64,000 nt of DNA, taken from Takakia lepidozioides (Eukaryota > Plantae > Bryophyta). The stretch spans positions 13,082,001 through 13,146,000 of the forward strand of contig CM060733.1 of the NCBI GenBank assembly GCA_030704615.1. The letters are read 5' to 3'. A model generated the notes under the pieces. It saw nothing but the letters and a program-made list of their open reading frames with translations. It was not told the DNA's origin and searched no databases. A program made the position numbers and the translations under genes. Positions 31,201 to 43,939 of the stretch are shown one piece after another (the stretch's first letter is position 1; each line of letters starts with the position of its first letter).

Positions 31201-34200
31201 TACACGTTAACCCAGTTTCTGGCTTTCTGAAAAATGCAGGTTTCGATTCGATTCCTTATAAAACCAATGCCAAAATCCATTGGAGGGTCAAGTGTCTTCT
31301 GGACACAAGTGTCACTGATTAAGATTTTGTGTACGTATCTCATAGGTGAAATATCTGACTAAAGTGGTGGACGAGATGGCCCACGATTCATCAAGCCCAA
31401 CAGTGAGGCTGGCAGTTCCACAGGGGTTGGTGTATTTGCTCGAGAATCCACAAAGCCATGCTGTGCTCCGGGCAATGCTGCCACGCCTTGCCCCTTTGCT
31501 GGACGATGCTGATCTACGCGTGCGGGTTGCAGCTGCTGATTTATTGCTAGCTATCAAAGGCATTCGTGCCATTCCTTTTCATAAAGTAGGTTTTATTCTC
31601 TTTTCTTTAAATATAAGAAAACAAGATAACTTGGCTATCCAGCAATCAAGACATGTGAAGGTGGCCTTTCCAAATATCAATAGCTAGGGTTGCTTTTTAA
31701 GAGTGAGTGACGCCTGGAATATTAGTCTGTCAACATTATGACAGAAAGTGTATCGATACCACTTTAGTACTCCTGCTAAGTCATCGAAATTCTTTTTCTA
31801 CAAAGAATTGAAGAGTCAAACATTTAGGTTGGGTATGTTTGGATCATGACTGGTGTCTGTTTACAATCTCTCTTGCATTTTTCAAAGATCTTATAGCATT
31901 GCAAACTGTGCAAGTAGTAATTGAGCAAAGGATTGGATTTACTGCACTTTCCATATGGGCTGTCTTTAACATATTCTCTGTGTGTTTTAGCTGTCCAGGG
32001 GTTTTTCTCTCAAAGAGCAGCCCAAAGATACCTACTCATCAAGAGATCCTCAAAGATGGAAAGCCTCATGCAGATATGCTACCAAATATTTCTCATCCTC
32101 ATGATGGAAGGGATTGGCTGTCCATAAGCTCTTTGAGCTTCCCGTGCATGTTATAAAGTTCCTTTCTTTCTCTTGTCCCATAAGCTCTTCGAGCTTTCTG
32201 TGGACGTTGTAAAGTACCAGTTCATTTCATTTCTTTCTTGAGACCAAATTACCTTTCAGCACCCTTATCTCCTTCCCTCTTGAGGGCATTGGGGCGGTTC
32301 AGGGTGGGTTCCCACAACCTACGGATAGAGACTGGCAGATGGGAAAACCTGCAACGGGAGGACCGCCTATGTCCAGCTTGCATAGGGCGCAGCAAGGAAA
32401 TTGAAACTGAAGAACACTTCTTCTTCTACTGCCCTCTATACTACGAGATCCGTGGGAGATTTCACTGTTTATTCAGTGGAACCCAAACTCTCACTGATGT
32501 CTTTCACTATGAGGATAAAAAATGCATGGCAGCCTACCTACACGAGGCCTTCACCGTTAGACAATCGCTAGAACATTAATTGTGGTTTCTGGATTTGTTC
32601 CTCTCTCATGTTTTCTTCCATTTTGTCCCATAAGCTCTACGAGCTTTCCGCGGACGTTATAAAGCACCATTTCATTCATTTCATTTCATTTCTTCTCTTA
32701 CAGGCAAGCAATGGCCACAAGGCTACGGCAAACAATGTCTTATGAGTACATTCTTACAGGCAAGCAATTGAACTCTCTTTCAACTGTGTGTTGACTGCTA
32801 CAGGTGGCAAGATTGGACTCCCTGCTGTCCTCTTTGGAAACTGACCATTCTTCGGTTGCTAGTCGACTCACCAGGCTTCTCCTTCCCTCCTACTTCCCTT
32901 CAAAAATATCAGTGACTGATGCATGCCACCGCTGCTTGGCACTAGTTAAGAGATCTCCACAGGCTGGAGCCCGGTTTTGCGAATTTGCCCTGTCAGAGGG
33001 TGCCTCGCCATCTTCCCTTCTAGAGCTCATCAAAGTCTTCAGCAGTGTGGCTATAGCAGCAACAGGTAGTTTCTGTGTGATTTTGAAAGTTGTGTCCGAA
33101 GCTCTAGATTTTGATTGTGCCTGGAAGTGAGCTGGGTGGTTCTGAGGTGTCTTTCTTTACAATTCCTATCTCGCTGACACTGCATCCGCTCTTCCTTTTC
33201 TGAATGACGATGGCAGATGTGGATGGTGAGGCTCAAGAAGGAGCACTGACTGCACTCGCAGCAGTATGCCACAGCTTAGCAGCAATGGAAGAGTGGAGGG
33301 TAGCCATGGGGGAGGTTCTGACAGGGGAGGCTCTGATGGCACTTGTCAATTGTGCTCCCAGTGCTGGGGCGCGTTCGACAGTGCTACGACTAGCGTCAGT
33401 TTTGCCCCCCAAAGAGGTACGTCCTACCTCATTATACTCCTACGCCAAAAAGCTGCTTAATCTTCTGGTGGCATGAAATGAATAGAATACTCTCAAGTCA
33501 TTGCTGTCCCTGCATCTAACCGTGGTTAGTAGACCACTGGCTGCTGACCAAGTGCATTGTGATTATTTTCCCATTTGTGTAGGATGTCCCGAAGCTGGTT
33601 GCTTACTGCGGCAAAGTTGTGATGGAAAGTTTGCCAGTGTCTTCCCCTGAGCCAGGTGCATGCCAGGAATTAAGGGCGGTGCATTCTTTTGTGCTCAATT
33701 GGGGTGGATTTGATGACCTTCTCTGGGCTCTTATAGCACCCCTTTCGGACACAACTATGGATGGGAAGCGGACACAGAGCCCCAAGTCTTTGATTGCAAA
33801 AGATTGGAAAAGGAATAAGCGTGTCAAGAACGCTTCACCAAACTTCAAAGCTATGTTGACAAGCGGCTCATCACGGAGCAAGAAGTCCTTTGGTCATCCT
33901 AGCTCTAGGGTGGCAGCGGATGACAAATCAATAGCAGCTGCTAGATCTGCTTGGCAGGTAGTAATTTGTGCAGCCCTCCCATCGGAAGTTGCTTTCTGCT
34001 GAATTAAGTTGTTCATTCATGCTTGTCTGTCTGTGTGTCAGGAGTCTGTAACTCATCTCTCTCTTGCTACATGTAACTTTCAGTGCAAGCACAGGCCATG
34101 TTCTCTCTGCTGTGATGTGGTAGAGGACGACATTAGCACTGGCGAACTTTGAAAACATGCTGTCCAGTATGATGTGACTTACATGTCTTCTTTACTGACA

Positions 34201-37200
34201 GGATGATGGGATTACTGTCACCGATGTGATGGGAAACTAGTTGAGTGGCATAGCCCATGGTTTTCAACTGAGTGGCTGAGTATTTTTATTTGTGCCCTCA
34301 AGAGTATCCGACATCCAAAGTAGGAGCAGTCAATGAGCACATGTTCCTCTCTTTATTGACATATCCCTTCATTTTCTTTACTCCTGTTTATGTCGATTGA
34401 ACTGGCATAATTGAACAAGTGCTTTGCCCATAAGGCTTTGGTTTCAAATTTGAGATATTGGACCGTTAGTGTAAGCTAGAGATATAGAAAAATAAAACAT
34501 GGGCTCACTTTCTTGCATCAAACATGCAGCTCGAGAATCTTCTTTTGGAGGATGAGACTAGGAGGGCAGTTCTTACAAGTGCCGCTTTGGGAGAGCTTTT
34601 GGCTTGTCTGAGATCAGCAGCTCAAGCAGCTATTGAGAATGCTGGGAGTTATGATGGCAATCAGCTGCTGCTCCCGCAGACACTAGCAGTATCGCCAATC
34701 CTTGCATATGTGAAACTGTGTGTGTTTTTGGCTCTCAATGAAAGTGAGGTGGGAAGGGAAGTCACGGCTTCCAATAGCAAAGGATGCAAGAAGGCAGCGA
34801 TGCCTGCTGCAACACCAAATAGTGTTGCAATACATCAAGTAAGTTCGTGTGACATGTGATTAGCTGTTATGAGGGTGCTATCCTTTTCACTTTTTTATTC
34901 AATGCATATGCTTCATTAGAAACTCATCTGGGAAAGACATAGGTGGACCAATGATAGCTTTTTTTCCAGAAGACGTTGGATGCAATGATCGAGGAGCTGG
35001 TGGGGTGGACAATGCATTCACTGGAAACTGCTGCAAGAGCTGTTGACTCTCCTCTGACGCCACCGACCCGAAATTCAAAGATCAAGGCCAAGGCAAAGGA
35101 AGGAGTACAAAGCAGCCGTAGATTGCGGCAGAGGAGACCCCTTTCAGATCTGAACTCCAAAAGCATCCAAGGTCACTTCTTTCATCTCTTTCCCTCCGCC
35201 TTTAATTTAAACTCAGGGCAGGAAGCCTACCTTTGAACAGCAAACAGAAGCAGAGAGGAAAGGGAGAGTGCAATTGCCCGTTGTGTGGGCAATCTGAAGA
35301 CAGTATTCATTTTCTGATACACTGTCCGGGGTTCTCTCCCAAAGAGACGCTCTCTTCAAATCTATTAAGGGAATTGTGCCTGTACCCCTGTTTACCAACT
35401 TTGAAAGTCTCGAGGCTGAGCCAAAAGCCCAGGCCCTCCTGAGGCCTAGTTTTTGGGCAAATCACACACAGCAGATTGATGCTTGTGTGAAGGGATTTCT
35501 AGAGGATATCTGGAAAACCCGGATTAATTCTTTATATGGAGGTAAGTCTTACTACCAACGTCAGCCCCTGACAGAGGTAGGTTCTGTCCCTTTTGTTCCC
35601 GCTCAAACTGGGCGCGGGGTCAATGGCCACAAGGCTACGGCAAACAACGTCTTATGAGTACAATCTTTCCCTCCGCCTTCTTTCAGCCGCTTCTATCACT
35701 TTTGCATCCTGTTCACACCAGGATTCATAGCTTGCTTGAGGGACTCTGGAAGGGCACAATGTAATCCATCATACTCTACCATTGATTATAGTCCCTTCTT
35801 TTTTCCTCTTGACCCTCTTTCCTGACTCCTCTTCTCTTCTCTGCCCAAACCAGGGTGGGGTCAATGTCACAAGATTGAGTGTAATGAGTACAGCTTCTTT
35901 CTTCCTTTGTCTACTTCTAGCCAAGGAAAAATGTGCTTCGCTTTTTTGGTCACTAGACACATATGTAGTGTTCTTGGGTTTATCAACCATCTTATCATTG
36001 CCTCTAAGGAGCTCGAGCTAAATCAGACTGCACATTTTCTTATCAAAGGTGTTAGACAATTATGCTATTTTTATTTGAGGGGCATTTGTCCTCAACTGCA
36101 GTCTCTTTCTCTAAAGTTATACAAGTTCTCTGCATGTGCCGGCATGACAGGGCCAAGCAATGACCATGGTGATGTCTGCAAGGCTGGTAGTATTCTCCTG
36201 ACATCCAGGATCGTTGCAGCTGTGCTACGTTGTGTGGTGGATGCTGTAGCTCTGGGGTTGGTGACTGTACCATCAGTACAGGAGAAATTGTCCAGTTTTG
36301 CTTCGAACACTACCAAGTGGACACTTTCAATGGCTGTTGCACTCCCCTTTGCAAAGGATCAGTTGCCAGAGAAGCCTGAATGGGATTTGGAGTCCTCTCC
36401 TTTGGCAAAACAAAACTCGAATGCAGCTGAACTTTTAACCTGTGCCAGATCTATGGTGACTCACGCAGCTAAACTTGCCTACCTTTTTGCTAAGAGTGGA
36501 GTGACTGCCATTGGGTCTACAATTGCTCATAGCCTTCTTGATGGTATCACCCTTCGTGAGGTTACTACAAACGTAGTCGTTGGCCCCTTGATCCGCCAAT
36601 GGCTCCCAGATCTCCTCATTGCTGTTGCATCAGACCCAGAGTGTTGTGCCATTGGTGACCAAACAGGAGAGACTGATCCAGTGGGGATGCAGCCTGAGAA
36701 TGGGAAAACTGATTTCACTCTGAAGGTTTCTCATTCCTGGATTGCTAACCTAGCTGCTGCAGCTTTTGAATCTATGGAAGATTCGGGCACTACTGCCGTG
36801 TCTCAGCAAAGGCAGCCCACAAATGATAGCTCTTTACATTCGGCCAGGGAAACTGAGCCCTTACCAGGAGAATTAGTAGAAGCAGGGAAGGCAGAAAACC
36901 CTACAGCTGATGTAGGATGTGTGAGCAATATTGTAAGCTTGCTACACAGAGGGGATGCCAGAATAGTGAAAGGTTTTGCTCATCTTTTGGTGAGTTATGC
37001 TGGGAAAGCACTGGAAGAACGAGATTATGTTGGCGCAATTGGGGCTCTTGATCTCATCTGTAACAGATTGTTGCTTTGCACGGCTTCTCCTGTGAGGCAG
37101 TTCAAAATGACACTTGGCAACAGGACGTTGGCGGATCTACATGCCATCAATAGTCAGATTAGTGTGGGACTGCATACAGCTCGTAAGAAAGGAATGCGCC

Positions 37201-37259
37201 AAAATTTGGACATGTCTAGACAGCTAGTGGAATTGGTGCTTTTGGCAAATGCAGCTTGA
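28233..37259 (+). CDS. NCAPG2: Condensin II complex subunit G2, multi-exon
   Basis: LQDSIATLCETWW..GLPGRESLIAQSLPFLL, DVRRIYGMREAL, YLRVGEGRRFIAFLF, GVEAMLFRLHEPLLFRALQVANSNVRRNA, FPLQDP, RSVAVEGVCRILRLFWE and LLLPSYFP. Confidence 0.92.
32119..32692 (+). mobile_element. Non-LTR retrotransposon family B (RTEX/CR1-like C-terminal zinc finger) with three stacked 3' ends and (CATTT)n tails
   Basis: ORF 32238..32579 contains FRVGSHNLRIETGRW...RLCPAC...ETEEHFFFYCPLY. The motif GTCCCATAAGCTC..GAGCTT.C.G.G..GTT.TAAAG occurs at about 32119, 32173 and 32623, each followed by TTTC/CATTT repeats. Confidence 0.8.
32713..32751 (+). mobile_element. Family A ultra-short 3' end (~39 bp) with 17-bp TSD
   Basis: TCTTACAGGCAAGCAAT at 32696-32712 and 32752-32768 flanks GGCCACAAGGCTACGGCAAACAATGTCTTATGAGTACAT. 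Confidence 0.9.
35203..35663 (+). mobile_element. Family A 5'-truncated LINE (C-terminal zinc finger) with 16-bp TSD in a CAP-G2 intron
   Basis: [13 protein letters not shown]...CPLCGQSEDSIHFLIHC and FLEDIWKTR...ATANNVL*. TSD TCTTTCCCTCCGCCTT at 35187-35202 and 35664-35679. Confidence 0.9.
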
Positions 37260-37271
37260 AAATCAAACTAC

Positions 37272-37423
37272 TGTACATTATCTTGTAGAGTCTTGACACA
37301 TTCGAAGTGGAAATGTGTGATAGTCATTTTGATGATTTGGAGTTAAAAGTATTGTACATTATCTTGTACACATTCGAAGTGGAAATGTGTGACAATCATT
37401 TTAATGATTTGGAGTTAAAAGTA
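37272..37423. repeat. Imperfect direct duplication (~70-80 bp) in the CAP-G2 3' UTR
   Basis: TGTACATTATCTTGTA...CACATTCGAAGTGGAAATGTGTGA...TGATTTGGAGTTAAAAGTAT occurs twice. Confidence 0.85.
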
Positions 37424-37937
37424 TGTGCCTCTTGTAGTCACACCTTTATCCTTTACATTAAGTTGTAGATTTCTATGTACAGATTGTGTCTCTGCCTCTT
37501 CACAGATAGTCTGGTATGAGTCTCTCAGCACTACTGGAACCATCCATTGGGCAAGGCAGATGGTTGAAACTTGAAACCTTTTCATCACAGAAGGGAGCTA
37601 ATAATGGCGCCTTACAAAAATTCTCAGCTGACAAACTTCAGGAGAAGTGAACACATACAGAACACTTCCTCACATTCTACATCACCATGAATTTTCAGGA
37701 GTCAAACAAGAGCCCTATATGATTTCCTTGCAGGTCTTTCCCTCTACTTGGCTAAGATTCTCCACCATGCAACCAAAGTGTTCAATTGTAGAAAGAGAAC
37801 ATGATCTGGACACATAGGATTACTTCTTTTGTTGGAATTGTTCAGAACAGAGGACACGGAGGCTCAACTGTTGTCGCTGTGCTCTATCACCAACGACTTG
37901 CATGTTTAGAGTTTCCTTCATCCTCTGCCTGACTTCT

Positions 37938-38000
37938 CTCTACCTGTTAATTCTCGGGGAAGCTGCAAACATTCGCTTAATGCCAGAATGCCTATGTTAT
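37938..38000 (+). pseudogene. Isolated callose synthase (GSL/CalS, FKS1 domain) fragment
   Basis: LYLLILGEAANIRLMPECLCY versus the conserved callose synthase motif LYLLIWGEAANLRFMPECLCY. Confidence 0.75.
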
Positions 38001-38774
38001 GAGTTATTTCTGTCCTTGTTTGTTGCCTCTATAGAGCTTGTCCGTAAATATTCTTGTCGGAAGAGAGCACCAAGGTCATGTAGCAAAAAGGGTCATATTT
38101 TCTTTGACGTTGTTGCTTCCTTAACGCTGGGTGCAATAGAGCATGACTAAGTTTTCATTCCACAAATTTTGCTCTCTAGCTGTAATTTAATATTCTGATC
38201 AAATGACTTCGGAAGCTGATGCAGCTTTATTCGGAGAGTCCAGTGGTATTCTTCGAATAAGGGTCACTCAAATAAAGGAGAATCCCATAGGATCTCTATT
38301 GAGAGGTAATAAGGCTTGTGATCGATTCATGGTTTTACGAGGTTTTGCAGGGGCAAAATCCTTTATGGCACGTAGTGAGACGGTAGTTACATTTACTTCA
38401 AGCAAACAGTCTCGTAACCCAAGAGTTTAGTTGGTCTAATCCATCTTGTCCAAAGCTCATGACTAATGCAAAGTTTTGACAATACAGTGGTTTCAAGCTC
38501 ATCTGATTGCGATCCAATGAGTGAGCTCAGTTCTGTACTAATATATTGAGCCTGATTGAAACAGAATTGCTGCCTCTAAGGCTAACTAATCCATGCAGAC
38601 ACAACCAGAGTATTTAGTTTTGCAAAAGAGGTATGCATAAAGAATGTTGGCTCCAAGTATCCTCCCCTGTATGTCTTGATAAAATTCTGAGAAGTAGGGG
38701 GCCTCAAATTTTGAACGCGGGAATAGGGATCTGATGTGGGAAGGAATGGGGACACGTCAGATTGGGTCCCTGCC

Positions 38775-39142
38775 CTCTCTTTACAACCAATATATTATTG
38801 CACCGGATGTCCCATGAAGAATTCCAGATTCATGCACAACATTGAGTGCATCAAATGTCGCCTTCACCGCTTCTGGGGTCAAAGCTCCTGCAAAACGTGC
38901 ATCCAACATATCAGTACCCTACTACATGTAACACAAGTAAACGACTGCCCTACTACACGAACACAGTAAAAGCAAGCTTGTTATGTAACATACCCATTCC
39001 AATTTCATGACCGTTGATGACTTCTGTTGCAATGTACACAACTTGGCCCTCGCAGTAGTCCCATACGATACAAGCTCCGGTACATATTTTCCCCAGTACT
39101 TCTTCAGCTTGTAATAGGCCATTATCTCAGTCAAGAGAGCCT
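38775..39142 (-). pseudogene. Protein-kinase-like pseudogene (HGDIR-type catalytic loop)
   Basis: ALLTEIMAYYKLKKYWGKYVPELVSYGTT, then ALNVVHESGILHG / DIRCNNILVV, with a one-base frameshift between HG and D at about 38810. Confidence 0.7.
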
Positions 39143-39552
39143 GTACACATATTACATGAGTCGCAGATATACATTTTATTTGAGTAACACTGTCTGCACG
39201 TAAAACATACGAATCTATTTCTTGGAAGATATCCCAACGGCCCATTAGGGATATTGGATAACTAACTCCTCTGGACCTGTGCTGAGTACCAAAGGGAGGA
39301 AAGCTAACTTTCAGCGTTTGTTGAAACCACTGTTGCTCACCAAGTAACAAAGAATTCTTTTAATAGCCATGGCAGTGCTCATACTGCTACAAGAAGATGC
39401 CAAACTAGCACATCAACCTGCAAGGCAGACTGCTTAAGTTAGGCAAAGACTAGATGCCTCCAACCTCAAAACCTTCAGCAAGCCTAGTCCAACATCAGAT
39501 GAAGAAGAGCAAACCTGAAATGCAAAATGAGAGAGAGAGAGAGCTCCAGGGG

Positions 39553-39654
39553 GTAGTCACACCCCCCCGCAAAACCTCAATCCCGAAACAGGATTTTCGG
39601 CCGTAGTCACACCCCCCCGCAAAACCTCAATCCCGAAACAGGATTTTCGGCCGT
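39553..39654. repeat. Perfect 50-bp tandem duplication
   Basis: GTAGTCACACCCCCCCGCAAAACCTCAATCCCGAAACAGGATTTTCGGCC starts at both 39553 and 39603. Confidence 0.95.
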
Positions 39655-41681
39655 TCGATCGGGAGCAGAGATCGGACGGCAGGCAGGCATTCATCAGATG
39701 AAACCCTTGCGACATAAACTCATCCATCCTCATGGTATTCATCCTGGTTCATTCCTTACTGTTCGTCAACGGTCATCTGATCGTTCGCTCATCCATCCGT
39801 TGGTTCGTCCAACGTTTTCGTTCTACTCAGTTTCGTTTTCGTTGCTTTTCCGCTTTTTGTTGCTTTTATAGACTCTTTTTTCGTTAACGGATATCATAGG
39901 ATAGTGTCCGGTAGTGCAGGGTATTGGCGGGTATCACGGATATTGCAGTTTGCGCGAGTTAAACCGTATCCTTTGTCATACTTGGAATGGATACGTACTG
40001 GTCTTGGGGGGCTTATTTTACTGTGCTGTCCCTATTAATTAATATACCTATGGTTCGTGTTTATTTTCGCCTGCAGAGCTCACCACTTATTAATTAGTAA
40101 GTGATAACTTAGTACCCTTTATATACCCTCTCCGGGCGGGGGGCCCTTCTAGAAGTCCGCCCAATCCTCAGGCCGTCCCTTCTACAAGGTTGCCCTCTGA
40201 CACGTGTGAGCCCTAGAAACCGGCATCCTTCTTACCCAATTTGCAGCCTTAACCCTCCCCCATTTAATAGCTGTCGGCGTCGTGCCTTGGTTTTTCTTAC
40301 CTCCCTTACGTAACTGGTTTTGGTGTCTGTTTTCGAGTGTTTTAGAGGCCGTTCCTGTACGTTAACAGTAGGACACAAAGAAGGGCTGTGTGGACCCCAT
40401 ACCAAACATTTTCTCTAAGAGCAATGAGCAGCACGGTGGAAACACCAGTTCCACTGGGAACTAGGCTGTTGGCTGCCCGACCACTGCACAGGGGCTTGAT
40501 AAGAAGGAGGTCCCTGGAGATTTGGAGCAGGTCCCCGTAGACCCGTCGGTTCGGCAGGCTCACGGACTATGAGAAGATGTCGCCCAGAACACTGAATTTT
40601 GATAAATGCCACATACTTGTACAGATTTATACTGAGTCTCTTTAAATCTAACTACCTCATAAATAATTCAGACTCTACTTAGCATTGAATGATCTAGGCC
40701 TGCAACCTGCAATCCAAAAATTCTCCACTGCACAAAGCATTAGCACCAGCCTAAATGGGAACATAAAATCGCGCATTACACAAAATCAAATACCAGCAAA
40801 ACATCTGAATCGGAGCATCTGCACAATCGATTACTCCTCGGAATTATTAGTAGCATTTTTAAGAGTTGCTATTGAACACTCAAATCGATTTCTACCTGCA
40901 ATCTACAATAGAGACGTTGAACTACAATATTGTGCCCATGCACCAATAGTTACGGCTGAGCTGCAAAGAGCATGTACAAAATACAAGCAAAATGAAGAAT
41001 ACGAGAGAGCATAATATGTGTAGGCAAAGAGAACTCCTCTCGACCATAAGATCAATAAGCATCAACAGGTACCTGCTCTCGATTCTAGGGTTTCATTGGG
41101 AGAATCTCAGCCATACGTTCTCCTTAGAATCGACAGTGGGGAACACGGGGCCCTGGTAGGCACCCCTTCCACCTTCCACCTGGCTGAATGCAGGCTCGCC
41201 CTATCGGGCTCGACCGCACTCCTAGGTGGAGTACATGACGGTTACTAATTCAAGTCCTGGTGTGGCTTACTATATCACCCGCTTTCCAATTCCTGGACCA
41301 CTCTCTAATCCTCGGACCCCTGGCCCCTTATTTATTGAGTGTATTCAAGTGACCGTTGTCTACCTATTCTTGTACACTTGAGGCGGGGCAAATATATTTT
41401 TAAGTTTTCATCGAATGAGAGAAGGTTCGAAGGAGAAGTCATGGAAGTATTGCAAGATTTTGACGACGCACAACTGCCGTTGAGCAGTGGACAATTGCGG
41501 ACGACGTTGACTCAACGAAGAACAAATGTAAGCACCTAATAGCACTTCATCATATCTGCATATCTGGGTGAGTGCTTCTCTAGAACAAGAACCTGGGATG
41601 AGGGCATCCACCTGGATGTAGTGAAGCCTCTTACTGATATGCTTCCAAGATAGAGGACCTATATCAATTCCCTGCGATATC

Positions 41682-43939
41682 CTATGCCTTCTTAGGTGGC
41701 GGAGGGCCCTCCGCTGCTGCACCGGCAGGTTTTGGCTTTGGTTTTCCCTTCTTTTTCTGTTTCTTTGGAGGATTTTTCTTGAGATCTTCTGCAACGAGCT
41801 CTGCTACATACTTTTCATTGTCCTGATCGATTATAGCCCTTACCTCCTCCCCAGACTCAACTACCTGCACCAATTAAACAGCGAGGACATGAAAAGTAAA
41901 TAGAACCAAACAAATGTCGTATCAGCTAGTATCTAGTCGACTATGAAGTTCAGAAATTGTTGGGTCAAAATGTTCAAACGAAAGTCTCCCAATTCACTAG
42001 CCCAGAAAACTTGAAACCGTCATAGCAATATGAACAGATGTCTTCTATCGCAGCATCCGATGCTCCATTCAATCCCCTCATCACAAGGACCAATACAGGT
42101 TTTTTTCGCTGTACAGGTGTCTACTGCAGGCATACTAAGGATGCCATAGTAGTTTTGCCTAACTAGTCCTGCGCAGGTATATAGGTGGATAAAGGTCATC
42201 AATTGGATCGATCTCTGCCACTGCCTACGAGGCATGCCATGGGTAGGAGGAGATGCAGAAAGGGAGAGGTAGAGAATTGCCTTTGCGAGTTGCATGAGAT
42301 CTCGCCACACATGGTCAGCATCTGCTAAACGCGAATACCTACAACATTAGAGTTGCTTTGCCATTACACTTGAGAGGGAAGGATGCATCTTACGAGACTC
42401 CAAAATTATATGACACAATAAGAGCGACCTTCCCTCCTTAGAAACCAGAAAGAATCAGGACAATGTGAACCTAATGAGAAACACCAGATATGGGACTATC
42501 GGTCTCCTATAGGTATCAGACCTGCTAATGAAGATAAGATCATGCGCTTGCTAATAATAATTTTCTCACTAGTGAGGTTCCTCAGCAGCAGAGGTGACTG
42601 GGCAGGATGTGGGAAAAAGAGGATCTACAGCTCTGATGATGGTTGTAAGCCCGTAATTGATGTCAAGAGTTCGCATCACCCTCATGGCATCCTCAACTTT
42701 AGCTTGGTATAACCCACCGAAACAATCCATCACAGTACTACGGGAAAGATACGATAACCCCATGAACTTGTAAATATTAACTTGTACAAGCTGTTTGATA
42801 ATATGTTATTTATCGAGCAAGAGGAAAGCTTCTCCAGCCTGCTGGCATGAATGGAGATTTGAGACACCTTAGACTTTAGTATTTGTTTGTGGACAACGAA
42901 GACAATGTACATATAACTAAGACAATGTACTAGATACTAGCTACTAGTGGGACCTGATCGTGCAGATCTGCGGTAATCTGATTTTAGAAGTTCTAATGTA
43001 CAAAATGATTGTTTAATAGCTGCTGTTGTGCGACTAGTTTGAATGCATGCATGATGAGAAAAAGTGTGTACCCATCAATATTCTTCTCCAATGGCGCCTT
43101 GAATTCTGCTTGGTACTCCACCCATAAGGTACCAGTGCCTATTTCGCCTCGAGCTTTCCCCTCATATCTGTTTTGGGTTGTCTATGAGAGACGAAGAAGA
43201 AAGAGAGTCTAGAGTAAAAAATCGTGGAACAAATCAATACCGTCAATTGTGAGAATACCAACAATTTGTTTTATGGTTTTTCGGGAAAAGGGACAAAGGC
43301 CCATAATTAATTAAGAAGGAGACAGTACACGAGGAAAAAATAACATCGACAGACGGCCGTGAAGGCAAACACAGGGTGCCACCCCGAGAACAGAGAGACA
43401 GCCTGGAAAGAACCAAAGGAAAGCGGAAGACCCTACAAAAGGGGGATGGAACGATCAATGAAGCACAAGGAAAAAGACAGCAGCCAAGCAGGCAGAAAAA
43501 AGACCCATGCACCAAAGAGACAACCAAGAAAAGTACACCTAGAGAGGTCAACGTTTGAGGTGAGCATCGAAGTTCAGATGAGCCTTGATAACTTTTGACA
43601 CAATGAAATTGGTTACATGATATGATAATTATCGTTTGGGGAAGGATAGAAATTTACTTCACCCCAATCACGGTCACAATGCAGCCCAAAGGAGTTTTCA
43701 CAAGATCTCTTGCCTGCATTTATGCCCAACATCATGCAACATGTTGATGATTGTCCTCTAAGCAGGCAATAGTTTCCAAAGCAGATGTGGTTGGAAATGA
43801 GAGTCAACTTTTTTTCACCCTCCCTTTCAACTCAGAAGTGAAGTACGGTGCGAACAGACATTGATACCTTAAGATTGAAAAATGGTTCCATATCAACGGG
43901 GTCAGTCCAAAATGCAGGCAACTTGGCCTTCTTCCCCAT
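41682..43939 (-). CDS. Uncharacterised 154-aa protein, 5 exons, Lys-rich tail
   Basis: Exons 43939-43868, 43713-43658, 43167-43072, 42338-42281 and 41864-41682 splice in phase (three GT-AG introns, one GC-AG) to MGKKAKLPAFWTDPVDMEPFFNLKARDLVKTPLGCIVTVIGVKYEG...LWVEYQAEFKAPLE...YSRLADADHVWRDL...KKNPPKKQKKKGKPK...KKA. Confidence 0.75.

Noticed and set aside
42569-42763. 64-aa minus-strand ORF as an exon of the small gene
   Set aside because: The flanking exons splice in frame without it and it ends in a stop.
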